The position numbers and the translations under genes are program-made. Shown here piece by piece: positions 17,687 through 27,607 of a stretch of DNA of 64,000 nt. The stretch comes from an uncultured Actinomycetota bacterium (lineage in GTDB: Bacteria; Actinomycetota; Actinomycetes; CAVWCF01): contig CAWFSE010000001.1 in assembly GCA_963818455.1 (NCBI GenBank), forward strand, positions 75,959-139,958. The letters run 5' to 3'. Below the pieces are notes generated by a model that had not been told where the DNA came from, did not search any database, and saw only the letters and a list, made by a program, of their open reading frames with translations. Position 1 is the first letter of the stretch. The number at the start of each line of letters is the position of its first letter.

Positions 17687-19050
17687 TCACGTCGCGGCGT
17701 CCGGCAGCGGGGTGACTTCCGTGGCGTACGTGTAGCACTTGCAGGCCACGTCGTAGGCGAGCGCGCGGAACGCGGACGTGCCGGCGTAGTGGTCGGCCTC
17801 GAAGAAGGTGCCGAAGGACGGTGGCCGCCTGGAACTCCTCGCCGAGGGTGGCCGACGCGCCTCCTTGAAGGCCGCGGCGCTGGTGGTGGTCGCCTTGTCG
17901 AGGCCGGCCTTGAGGAAGAAGACGGCGTCGCAGTAGAGCAGCGCGGTGCGCGCCTCGCCCCGGCTCGCGAAGGTGATGCCCGCGCCGCTGAGGATGTCGA
18001 CGCACTGCTGCTCGCGCGGCTGCGGGAAGGCCAGCTGGTCGGTCTCGACGTCCCAGCCGGGGGCCACGCCGACGCCGACCGAGCCGGGCAGGCCCTCCTG
18101 CGGCACGGTGGCGGGGTTGCCGGTCATGAAGGTCGGGCTGTCCCAGGTGGAGATGGCGTACTGCGAGATCAGCTCGTTGGCGGCGGCGCTGAGCATGAAG
18201 AAGGGCGCCATCCGGGCCCCGCCCATGAAGATCACGTGCTCGGTGCCCTTGGTCTTCAGGCCGAGGGCGGCCTCGCCGAGGCCGACGTTGATGTCGTTGA
18301 CCGTCTCGGTCTTGATCCAGTACGAGTCGACCGAGCCGACGCCGGCCTGCTGGAGCCCGGGCTCGAGGATGTTCTCGACCTGCCGGCGGGTGCTGGGGTC
18401 CTCGACGGCGACGATGCCGACCGTGGCGCCCTGGGCGTCGTCGAGGTACGGCTGCGTGGTGAGGGTCTCCAGCAGGCCGGCGGTGAAGTCGTCGTACACC
18501 GGGAGGGACGGCGCCCACAGGTAGGGCGACAGCTCCTCGTACGCCTGCTGGTCCTGCGGGACGAGCGCGGCGTCGAGCATGACGGTGCCGGCCTGGGCGT
18601 AGCAGGGGCGGGCGTTGGCCTGGAACTGCCCGGTGAGGACGACGGCGAAGACCTTCTCGTCCTGGGTGAGCTTCTTGCAGAGCGCCTCTTCGGCCTCCGG
18701 GGAGTCGTCGGCGGCCTCGAAGACCACGACGACCGGCTCGATCTGCTTGCCGCCGAGGCCGCCTTGGGCGTTGACCGCGTCGACGAGCGCCTTGACCTGG
18801 GCCTCGCCGTCGCCCTGGTCGGGGGTGGTGAAGCCGAGGGAGGACGAGACGGTGCCGAGGTCGGTGACGATGAAGCCGACCCGCACGGTGCTGTCGGTGA
18901 CGCCCGGGACCGGCAGGTCGCCGCCGGAGCCGCGCCGCGCCGGGGAAGACCCCGTCGACGGTCGCGCCGAAGCAACCGGTGAGCGCGAGGCTGGCGGCCG
19001 TCAGCCCGGCGGCCGCGGTCGAGGCGGCGGCGCAGACGGGATGTCACCAT
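17687..19050 (-). CDS. ABC transporter substrate-binding lipoprotein (LivJ/Peripla_BP_6-like); frame-disrupted
   Basis: ATG 19050 follows GAAGGAG. A lipobox LALTGC is visible in a shifted frame at ~18975. The ORF 17687..18886 body reads ..VRVGFIVTDLG..KVFAVVLTGQFQANARPCYAQAGT..VGIVAVEDPSTRRQV.. The N-terminus and the ~17800-17900 region need frame switches. Confidence 0.7.
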
Positions 19051-19099
19051 GGCGGGGCGCTCCTTCTAGGGCCTGGCCGACGCTCGCGTATCGCCCACC

Positions 19100-19115
19100 G
19101 GAACGGTGTTACGAA
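19100..19115 (-). promoter_or_regulatory. Operator-like site (module B)
   Basis: The minus strand reads TTCGTAACACCGTTCC, 15/16 identical to 3546-3561. It starts 8 nt downstream of the -10 hexamer of the ABC-operon promoter. Confidence 0.5.
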
Positions 19116-19123
19116 GTGCGCCG

Positions 19124-19152
19124 AGCCTAGGTTCGGGGTCGGGGGGTGTCAA
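19124..19152 (-). promoter_or_regulatory. Sigma70-like promoter of the ABC importer operon
   Basis: Minus strand: TTGACA (19152-19147), a 17 nt spacer, then TAGGCT (19129-19124). It lies 74 nt upstream of ATG 19050. Confidence 0.5.
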
Positions 19153-19270
19153 CGGATGTCGCCCGTTCGAGACCTTGTCCTGTTCCACTCCGCACAGGTA
19201 CGGTCCACTGAACGGAACGGGCGGGCGCGGAACTCCCCGACCGCTTCAGCGCGTCAGACCACGCAATCTG

Positions 19271-19283
19271 GGGAACGGTTCCC
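19271..19283. promoter_or_regulatory. Palindrome GGGAAC-G-GTTCCC upstream of the surface-protein gene
   Basis: Perfect 6+1+6 palindrome, 52 nt upstream of ATG 19335. Further GGAAC/GTTCC half-sites lie at 19182-19186, 19214-19218 and 19229-19233. Confidence 0.35.
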
Positions 19284-19334
19284 GGCAATCGCTGCCACAC
19301 TCTGCGCAGCGTGCCACGAGTTGAGGGGTGCAGC

Positions 19335-20394
19335 ATGTCGGGTCGGACCACTGGGCGCGGTTGGGGCTCGCGCTGGACGCGGGGCCTGGCGGCCGTCGGC
19401 GCGCTCGGCGATCGCCCTGTCCGGCGCGCTCGTGCCGCTCGCGAGCCCCGCCTCCGCCGCCGACAACGGCTCCTGGTCGGTCTTCCCCTCCTCCACCGTC
19501 GAGGGCTCGCCGACCAAGCGCGAGTTCTTCGCGATCGAGACGAAGGAGGGCCAGGTCGTCAACGACGCGGTGACCGATCGCCAACGCGACCGACGGCTTC
19601 CTGACCCTGGAGCTCTACGCGCGCGACGCGATCAACACCGCGTCCGGCGGCGGCTTCGCCCCTCTGGATCCGGAGAAGGAGAACACCGACGTCGGAGCCT
19701 GGATCACCCTGTCCAAGGACAAGGTCGTGCTGCCACCCGAAGACCGCAGGAGAGCGTGCCCTTCACGCTGACGGTCCCGCAGGGGCGACCCCAGGCGACC
19801 ACGCGGGGGTGATCGTGGCGCGCAACCCCGTCGCCACACCGCAGGACGACGGCGGCGCGATCGCAGATCCTGATCCAGCAGGCGGTCGGATCGCGCGTCT
19901 ACGTGCGCGTGCAGGGCCCACTCAACCCCGCCCTGCAGATCAGCGACGTGACGATGAAGCCGGTCGGCGGCACCGCGGGCCTCACCACCAAGCAGATGCT
20001 GATCTCCTACAAGGTCACCAACGAGGGCAACCTGCGGATCACCGCCGACAGCACCCTGCAGGTCGAGGGGCTGTTCGGCCGGGACCTGTTCAAGGTCGAG
20101 AAGCCGCTGCCCGAGATCCTGCCCGGGCAGAGCACGACGATCCAGGAGGTCTGGGACGACCCGCCGCTCTTCGACCGCGCGGTGGCCACGGTCACGGCGA
20201 CGGCCGAAGGCGATGTCGAGACCTCTGCGGACACCGTCAAGTGGATCGTCCCGTGGCTGCTCGTGCTCGCGCTCGTCCTGGTCCTGGCGGCGATCGGCTT
20301 CTGGCGCTGGTGGAGGCGCCGCCAGGAGCAGCCCGACGAGGAGGCCGTCGCGTCTGGCGCCCCTCGCCGCCGCCACGCCCCGGTCAAGGGATAG
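19335..20394 (+). CDS. WxL-associated cell-surface protein (DUF916/DUF3324-like architecture, C-terminal TM anchor); frame-disrupted
   Basis: Signal-like ..ALSGALVPLASPASA, then DNGSWSVFPSSTVEGSPTKREFFAIETKEGQVVNDAVT..LELYARDAINTASGGGFAPL..VGAWITLSKDKVVLPP..VPFTLTVPQG. ORF 19903..20394 ends with the TM segment WLLVLALVLVLAAIGFW plus a basic tail. Several frame switches lie between 19340 and 19900. Confidence 0.55.
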
Positions 20395-20405
20395 CGGTCC
20401 CATGG

Positions 20406-21455
20406 GTGTCGCGACGGCGTCCGCTGCGCGCACTGGCGCTCGCCCTCGTGGCGTGCGCCAGCGTGCTGGCGCGTGACCCCGGCTCGGCCCGGCGCGTGCC
20501 GAGGACCCGGTGGGCGGGCACCGAGGCGGTCGCCCTGCCGCCGTTCGCCCCGCCCGGCACGCTGGTCCAGGTCCGAGGGCAGAACTGGCCGGCCAAGGCG
20601 CTTGATCAACGTCGTCCTCTGCGGCAACAACTTCCTCAACGGCGCCAGCGACTGCGCGCCCACGTCCAGGGCAACACCACCACCACCAACGATGACGGGC
20701 GCTTCTTCACCGAGATCCAGGTCGTCCCTCCCGCCCAAGCCCTGTCCCTGCGTGGTGCACGTCTCGACCCCCGAGGCGACCGATCACGCGTCGACATCCC
20801 CTTCGAGGTGATCGGCGCCGAGGTCGCGCCGCCCTCGGGCTCGGTCGCGACCCGCACGGTCACCATCACCCAGAAGCTCTCCGGCAGCGGCCCGCCCATC
20901 GCCCTGCTCGGCGGCGCCGCCGAGCGCACCCTCGAGTTGACCATCGCCAACACCGGGACCGTGCCCCTCGGCAACCTGCCGGTCACGGTGACGCTGGGCA
21001 CCGGCAAGAACCCCACCGACGTCGTGGCCCGGCCGAAGTTCCCCGAGATCTCGCCGGGGGCCTCGCAGAGCGTGGACGTCCCGATCACCCTCCCCGCGCC
21101 GGCCTTCGGCACCTACACCGTGAAGACCACGGTCAGCGGCATCGACCAGCCGACCTCGTCCACCGTCACCACCTCGACCTACCCGTGGCTGCTGCTGGCG
21201 GTCGCGATCCTGCTGCTGCAGATCCCGCTGCTCGGGCTGCACCGCCGGCGGATGGCCGCCGACGCGCCGGACGACCCGCTGGAGCTGGCCATCGAGGACC
21301 TCGCCGCGCCGCCGCCGGTCTACGGCATCACCACCGTGCGCGGCCTGGTCGACGACTACGCCGACCCGCTGGCCGCCGAGCGCGACCCCGACCCGCAGGT
21401 CATCGTCGCCGGCGCGGGCGCGGCCCCGTCCGGACGCGGCCGCCGACGCCGCTAG
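20406..21455 (+). CDS. Secreted/anchored surface protein with CARDB-like repeat and C-terminal TM segment; frame-disrupted
   Basis: VSRRRPLRALALALVACASVLA signal. ..RTLELTIANTGTVPLGNLPVTVTLGTGKNPTDVVARPKFPEISPGASQSVDVPITLPAPAFGTYTVKTTV.. (CARDB-like). TM segment YPWLLLAVAILLLQIPLLGL. Frame slips at ~20590-20760. Confidence 0.5.
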   Translation: MSRRRPLRALALALVACASVLARDPGSARRVPRTRWAGTEAVALPPFAPPGTLVQVRGQNWPAKALDQRRPLRQQLPQRRQRLRAHVQGNTTTTNDDGRFFTEIQVVPPAQALSLRGARLDPRGDRSRVDIPFEVIGAEVAPPSGSVATRTVTITQKLSGSGPPIALLGGAAERTLELTIANTGTVPLGNLPVTVTLGTGKNPTDVVARPKFPEISPGASQSVDVPITLPAPAFGTYTVKTTVSGIDQPTSSTVTTSTYPWLLLAVAILLLQIPLLGLHRRRMAADAPDDPLELAIEDLAAPPPVYGITTVRGLVDDYADPLAAERDPDPQVIVAGAGAAPSGRGRRRR

Positions 21456-21459
21456 GCGG

Positions 21460-22450
21460 TCAGCCCAGCATTCCGTTGCCCCGCAACCACTCCTCGGTGC
21501 GGGCCATCCCCTCGTCCAGGCCGACGGCCGGCACGAAACCCAGCGCGCGGATCCGCGCGTCGCTGTAGCGGGCGGTGCGGCCGATCCCGCGCACGGCGTC
21601 CGGCGGCAGGTCGAGGAAGTCGCGCGCGGACCGCGGCAGCGACTGCGCCAGCCGCGAGGCCGCCAGCGCCACCGGGTACGGCGTGGACGGCACGAGGCGC
21701 TGGCCGAGCATCCGCTGGTAGTGGGCGAAGAAGTCGCGCTGCAGCGTCCGCGCGCCGTCGGTCACGTGGTACGCCCGGCCCGACGCGCGCCGCTCCAGCA
21801 GCAGGTCGATCCCGTCGAGCAGGTTGTCGACGTACACGTGGTTGAGCACGGCCCGCGCGGGGTCGACGTGGGTGAAGACGCGGCGGCGCAGGTGCTGCAC
21901 CGGCCGGATCGTCCACGGCACCGAGCCCGGCCCGTACACATCGCCCGGGCCGCACCAGGTAGACGTCGAGCACGCCCGGCTCGTGCGCGGCCAGGGCGTG
22001 CTGCTCGCTGACGATCTTCGACCAGCAGTACGCGTTGCCGTCGCCGCGGATCCAGTCGTCCTCGTCGACGTCCTCGGGGTAGTCGAAGCCGTGCACCATC
22101 ACGCTCGACAGGTGCACCAGCTCGGGCACGCCCTCGGCCCGGCAGGCCTGGGCCACCGAGCGCACCGAGTGCGCGTTGACCCGGATGAACTGCCGCCAGT
22201 CCCCGGCCTCGGCCACGATCGCCGCGGTGTGCACCACGAGGTCGCAGCCGGCCGCGGCGGCGCGCACGTCCTCGACGTCGCAGGCGTCCCCGAGCACCAG
22301 GCGACCGCCCGACTCCACGCACAGCGCCTCGGCCGCGGGCGACGCCACCCGGTCGAGGCCGACCACCACGTCGCCGCGGTCGCGCAGCCGCTCGGCCAGC
22401 CGGCGGCCGATGAAGCCGCCGACCCCGGTGACCAGGACGCGGCGGCTCAC
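21460..22450 (-). CDS. NAD-dependent epimerase/dehydratase family protein; one frameshift
   Basis: GTG 22450 (GTGA overlap). VLVTGVGGFIGRRLAERL..VVHTAAIV..YCWSK (YxxxK). A frame switch at ~21940-21990 leads into ORF 21460..21939. Confidence 0.8.
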
Positions 22451-23238
22451 GCGCCGACTGCGCCGCGCTCGGCGGCCCGCCGGCGGGCCACCCGCCGCTG
22501 GTTGAAGCGGCCGATCCGGTCGAGCAGCGGGTGCAGCCGGACGACGGCGTCGGGGGCCATCGAGATCAGCCGCACCTGCGCGCCGCGCCAGTGCGGCACC
22601 GAGCGGACCAGCCGCGGCCGGTCGAGCAGGGCCAGGGTGCGCTCGGCCACGTGCTCCGGCGTCACCAGCCGCAGCCCGGAGAAGGTGAGCGCGGCGGCCG
22701 GGTCGTCGAGCAGCGGCTCGATCATCCCGGTGAGCATGCCGTCGGGGCAGACCACCGACAGCCGCACGCCGCGCACCCCCTGGGCCTTGAGCTCGGCGTG
22801 CAGGGCCAGCGTCCACGACAGCACGCCAGCCTTCGCCGCGGCGTACGCCGCCTCCCCCGGCACCGGCGACCACGAGGCCAGGGAGGCGACGGTGATGACG
22901 CGCCCGGGGTCGGCGGCCGGGCGCGAGCGCATCACCTCGACGGCGGCGCGGGTGCCGTGGATGACCCCGAGCAGGTCGACCTCGACCACCTGGCGGATGA
23001 CCGCGTCGTCCTGGGTCGCCGCGTCGCCGGCGCCGATGACGCCCGCGCAGTTGACCCAGACGTCCGGCCGGACCTCCTGGGCCAGCGCCCGGCACGCGTC
23101 GGCGTCGCGCACGTCGAGCACCCGGTCGGCGCCAGCGACATCCGTGCCGACCACCGCGTACCCGCGGGCGGCCAGCCCCGCCACCAGCGCCTGCCCCAAG
23201 CCGCCGGCCGCGCCGGTCACCACCGCAGTCCGCGTCAT
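22447..23238 (-). CDS. SDR-family oxidoreductase (intact)
   Basis: ATG 23238. MTRTAVVTGAAGGLGQALV..NCAGV..YAAAKAGV (YxxxK). 263 uninterrupted codons within ORF 22447..24042. Confidence 0.85.
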   Translation of the reverse strand: MTRTAVVTGAAGGLGQALVAGLAARGYAVVGTDVAGADRVLDVRDADACRALAQEVRPDVWVNCAGVIGAGDAATQDDAVIRQVVEVDLLGVIHGTRAAVEVMRSRPAADPGRVITVASLASWSPVPGEAAYAAAKAGVLSWTLALHAELKAQGVRGVRLSVVCPDGMLTGMIEPLLDDPAAALTFSGLRLVTPEHVAERTLALLDRPRLVRSVPHWRGAQVRLISMAPDAVVRLHPLLDRIGRFNQRRVARRRAAERGAVGA

Positions 23239-23417
23239 GGCGCGCACCGTAGGGCACCCGGCACCAGAAGGCAGGTTTGGGCCGGCGCGGACGTGGGCAC
23301 ACCACCGCCGAGGCGTCACACGCGCGGCAGGAGGGGTCCGCAGCCGGGTGAGCCCGCCCGCGCCCGTCGGCCGCCTGAGGTGGCCGGCGGGCGCTTGCGG
23401 CGTCGTGGGCCTGGCGG

Positions 23418-24296
23418 TCAGTTCAGCTGGTCGGTCGAGACCGGCGGCGGCCACTGCGTCGACAGGCCCGCGGCGGCCCGCGCGGCGACGATCTGCTCGT
23501 GGCCGTAGCGCACCTTGAGCAGCTGCTCGACGCGCTGCTCGCCGAGGAACCGCTTGGAGATCGCGTTCATCGGGTCGAGGGCGTAGCCCCAGGTGCGGAT
23601 CCGGTGGTCGCGGTCCATCAGCGCCAGCCGGTCGGCCTCGGGCACCGGGTCGCCGGCCGAGGCGCGGTCGACCCACGACAGCCAGCGGTTGACCCGGCCC
23701 TCGACGGCCGGGCGCAGGTTGTCGATGGTCTCCTGGGTGCGCGGCGCGGTGTAGGAGTGCGCGACCGGGGAGTTGAAGGCGCGCATGTAGACCCCGTGCG
23801 AGACCGACCAGGTGTACTGGGTGTCGCCGCGCATCGCCAGGAAGTCGGCGTCCTCCTCGGCGTAGTAGCGCTGCAGGTAGTCGATGTCGACCATCAGGTC
23901 GCTGCGCGGCACGAAGTCGGAGTAGTAGAAGATCTCCGGGATCGTGCCGAAGACCATCACCAGGTGCGGCACGTCGATGCTCTGGTCGAGCCAGACCTGC
24001 AGGTTCATGTCGAGGATCGAGGCCTTGCGGTTGCCGATCCACGAGTTGGCCAGGTGGTCGACGCCCGGCCCGGTCCAGGTCTGCATCGAGCCCTCGTAGT
24101 CGCCGGACTCGCTGGTCCAGTACTCCAGGTCGGCGCAGGCCGGCTGCACGGCGAGCCCCGGGAAGCGCGCCTCGATCTTCTCGCGCATCTCGACGAGCAT
24201 CCCGAAGAGCGCCTGGTGGGTCTCGGTGACGTCGACGTTGGGGTTCTCGGCGAAGTACTCGTGGATGGTCTTGGTCTGGCTCACGGCTCCGGTCAT
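23418..24296 (-). CDS. RCCR-like / bilin-reductase-fold protein, paralog 3 (intact)
   Basis: Intact 292-aa ORF. VDHLANSWIGNRKASILDMNLQVW, VPRSDLMVDIDYLQRYY, VSHGVYMRAFNSPVA and the C-terminal ..PMNAISKRFLGEQRVEQLLKV.. are the same blocks as paralog 1 and my recollection of plant RCCR. Confidence 0.65.
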   Translation of the reverse strand: MTGAVSQTKTIHEYFAENPNVDVTETHQALFGMLVEMREKIEARFPGLAVQPACADLEYWTSESGDYEGSMQTWTGPGVDHLANSWIGNRKASILDMNLQVWLDQSIDVPHLVMVFGTIPEIFYYSDFVPRSDLMVDIDYLQRYYAEEDADFLAMRGDTQYTWSVSHGVYMRAFNSPVAHSYTAPRTQETIDNLRPAVEGRVNRWLSWVDRASAGDPVPEADRLALMDRDHRIRTWGYALDPMNAISKRFLGEQRVEQLLKVRYGHEQIVAARAAAGLSTQWPPPVSTDQLN

Positions 24297-24328
24297 GCCG
24301 GAACTCTAGCGGGCCGATCCCGCCGAAT

Positions 24329-24341
24329 GGAACACCGTTCC
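24329..24341. promoter_or_regulatory. Operator-like perfect palindrome GGAAC-ACC-GTTCC (module C)
   Basis: Lies 33-45 nt upstream of ATG 24296. AACACCGTTCCAGC is 13/14 identical to 3551-3564. A minus-strand TAGAGT (24308-24303) sits only 6 nt before the ATG, suggesting a leaderless transcript. Confidence 0.45.
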
Positions 24342-24361
24342 AGCAGCCGGTCTGGCTCGGA

Positions 24362-25860
24362 TCAGAGCCGGAACGCGGGGTCCCAGGGCTGCTCGGCGAC
24401 GTCCATCTGGGCCTTCTGCAGCCGGCCGGAGTAGTCCCAGTTCACCGCCTGCCAGCGGGTGAACTGGTCGAGCACCCACACCCCGCTCTGCCGCGAGCCG
24501 TTGCCGCTCTTGCCGTTGCCGCCGAACGGCAGGTGCGCCTCGGCGCCCGAGGTGGAGTTGTTGACCGAGACCATGCCGGCGCCGATCCCGGCGCGGAACG
24601 CCCACACCGCCTGCGGGTCGCGGGTGTAGATCGACGACGACAGCCCGTAGCCGGGGCCGTTGGCCAGCTCGAGGGCCTCGTCGAGCGAGCCGAAGCGGCC
24701 CATCCCGACGAGCGGCCCGAACGTCTCCTCGCTGTAGAGCGCGTCGCCGGGCCGCACCCCCTCGACCAGCGTCGGGTGCGCGTAGACCCCGCGGTCGGGG
24801 TCGCCGACGAAGCCGGCCCGCGGCGATGACGACGTGATCTGGCCGACCGCGCTCGACCCCCGCACCGCGGTGGTGCGGCTGCACGAGGTCGAGGTTGCGC
24901 AGGTGCTGGTCGAGGTACGCCGGCGAGATCATCGGCCCGTAGAGCACGTCCTCGCGGGGGTCGCCGACGACCGCGGCCTCGACCGCGGCGGCCAGCCGGT
25001 CGGCGAAGGCGTCGTAGACGTCCGCGTGCGCCCACACCGTGCCGAGCGACGTGCACCGCTGGCCGGCGGTGCCGAAGCCGGAGAAGAGCGCGCCCTCGAC
25101 GGCCAGGTCGAGGTCGGCGTCGGGCATGACCACCATCGGGTTCTTGCCGCCGAGCTCCAGGCAGGGCGACTGCAGGTGCCGGCCGCACAGGGCCGCCGAT
25201 CAGCCGGCCCACCCGCGTCGACCCGGTGAAGCCGACCTTGTCGACCGTGCCGGCCTCCAGCGCCTGCTCCAGCCCCGCGTACGCCGCCTCGCCGCCGGCG
25301 ACGACGGTCTGCAGCACGCCGGCGGGCACCCCGCCGGCGTGGAAGAGCCGGGTCATCGCGTCGGCCACCGCGGACGAGACCTCCGACGGCTTCCAGACCA
25401 CCGCGTTGCCGCACAGCAGCGCGGGCACGAGGTACCAGGACGGCACCGCCGCCGGGAAGTTCGCCGCGGTGATGATCGCCGCCACGCCGACCGGCGCGCG
25501 GAACGTGAAGAGCTGCTTGTCCGGCATCTCGCTCGGCACGGTCTGCCCGTAGAGCCGCCGGCCCTCGCCGAGGAAGAAGTCGCAGGTGTCGACGACCTCC
25601 TGCACCTCGCCCAGCGCCTCGGCGTACGGCTTGCCGACCTCGCGGGTCACCAGCGCGGCGAGCGCCTCCTTGTTGGCCTCGACCAGCCGGCCGACCTGGG
25701 CGATCACCCGGCCGCGCGCGGGCGCGGGCACCGCGGCCCAGGCGCGCTGCGCCGCGCGGGCCCGGGCGCAGGCGGCGGCGAAGTCCTGCGCGGTCGCGAG
25801 GTCGACGTGCGCCACGACATCGTCGAGGTCGGCGGGGTTGACGGAGGTGAAGGCGGCCAT
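24362..25860 (-). CDS. NAD(P)-dependent aldehyde dehydrogenase; frame-disrupted
   Basis: ORF 24442..25860 (MAAFTSVNPADL..VVWKPSEV..FTGSTRVG), ORF 24306..25136 (..FGTAGQRCTSLG, catalytic Cys) and ORF 24362..24865 (..EETFGPL..NNSTSGAEAHLPFGG..) join into a ~499-aa ALDH. Confidence 0.85.
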
Positions 25861-25877
25861 GGCGCGAGACTAGGGCC

Positions 25878-27533
25878 GTGACCGACCAACGCCGCCGCCG
25901 AGTCCGGCCCGACCGCCGCCGCGCGCATCCTCGACGTGCTGGCGTCGGCCGGCGTCGAGGTCTGCTTCGGGCTGCCCGGCGTGCACAACCTCGCCTACTG
26001 GGAGGCCCAGGCGCCCGGCCGGCCGCGCATCCTCGGCGTGCGCCACGAGCAGGCCTGCGGCGTACGCCGCCGACGGGCTCGCCCGGGCGACCGGCGGGCT
26101 CGGGGTGGCCCTGACCACCAGCGGCCCGGGCGCCGCCAACGCCGTGGCCGCCTTCGGCGAGGCCGCGGCCAGCGGCTCGCCGGTCGTGCTGATCGCCTCG
26201 GAGGCCCCGCAGCGGCTGCGCCGCGAGGACGGGGCCAGCCGCGGCCTGCTGCACGAGATGGACGACCAGTCGGCGCTCTTCGCCCCGCTGGCCAAGGCGG
26301 TGCTGTCGGCCGCCACGCCCGACGAGGCCGTCGCCGCCGTCACCCGCGCCGCCGAGCTGGCGATGGCCGCCCCGCGGGGGCCGGTCTACGTCGGGATCCC
26401 CTCCGACCTGCTCGACCAGCCCGCCGAGCGCCGGCCGGCCGGTGCGCGCGCCCCTGCGCCTGGAGCCGGCCGCCGCCGACATCGACGCGGCCGCGCGGCT
26501 GATCGCGCAGTCCGAGCGCCCGCTGCTGTGGGTCGGCGGCGGCGCGGTCGCCTCCGGCGCCGCCGAGCAGGTCGACGCGATGGCCTGGCGGCTCGGGGCG
26601 CCCGGTCGTCACGACGTACGCCGCGCGCGGGCTGCTCGGCGACGGGCACATCCTGCTGGCCGACGCGCCCCCGCACGAGCCGGCCGTCGCGGACCTGATC
26701 GCCGCAGGCCGACCTGATGCTCGCGGTCGGCACCCAGTTCGACGGCATGACCACCCGCAACTGGGCGATGCCGGTGCCGCCCCGGCTGGTGCTCGTCGAC
26801 GTCGCCCCGGAGCGGGCCGCCGCCAACTACCCGCCGGACGCGGTGATCCGGGCCGACGCCGCGCTGGCGCTGGACGCCCTGGCCGTGCACTGCGCGCCGC
26901 CGCGAGCCGTGGCCCGACTCGGTCTTCCGGCTGCGCGAGGTCGTCCGGCGGCAGACCGCCGCCGACCCGGTGACGGCCGCGGCCGCGGCGATCCTGGACG
27001 CGGTCGAGGGCGCCTGGCCGGCCGAGGCCGCCGTGGTCTGCGACATGGCGGTGGCCGGCTACTGGGTCGGCGGCTACGCCGCGATGCCCCGGCCGCGCCG
27101 GCTGCAGTACCCGGTCGGCTGGGGCACCCTCGGCTACGCGCTGCCCGCGTCGATCGGGCCGGCCGCGGCGGGCATCCGCACGCTGGCCGTGGTCGGCGAC
27201 GGCGGGCTGGCGATGGCGGTCGGCGAGCTGGCGACGCTGGCGCAGGAGCGGCTGCCGGTCACGGTGCTGCTCGTCGACGACGGCGGCTACGGGATGCTCC
27301 GCTACGACCAGCAGCGCTTCGGCCACGCCGAGCGCGGGGTCGACCTGGCCGGGCCCGACTGGCTCGCGCTCGCCGAGGCGTACGGGATCCCGGCGGCCGC
27401 GGCGGGCAGCCCGGGGCGGCTGCACGCGGCGCTCGCCTCGGCGGCGTCAGCCGACGGGCCGAACCTCGTGCTGCTCCGCGGCGCCCTGGAGCCGCCGCGC
27501 ACCACCAGCCCGCGCTGGGGCGACCCCGTCTAG
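25878..27533 (+). CDS. Thiamine-diphosphate-dependent enzyme (acetolactate synthase / benzoylformate decarboxylase-like); frame-disrupted
   Basis: ILDVLASAGVEVCFGLPGVHNLAYWEA..VALTTSGPGAANAVAAFGEAAASGSPVVLIAS.. (ORFs 25936, 26105). The TPP-binding tail in ORF 26970..27533 reads ..GTLGYALPASIG..VVGDGGLAMAVGELATL... Several frame switches. Confidence 0.8.
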
Positions 27534-27607
27534 CCCGACCGGCCGGCTGGCCGCGGCCGCGCTGGGCCAGGCGGCGCGCGGCGACCGTACCGGTAGCGTC
27601 GCGCCCC

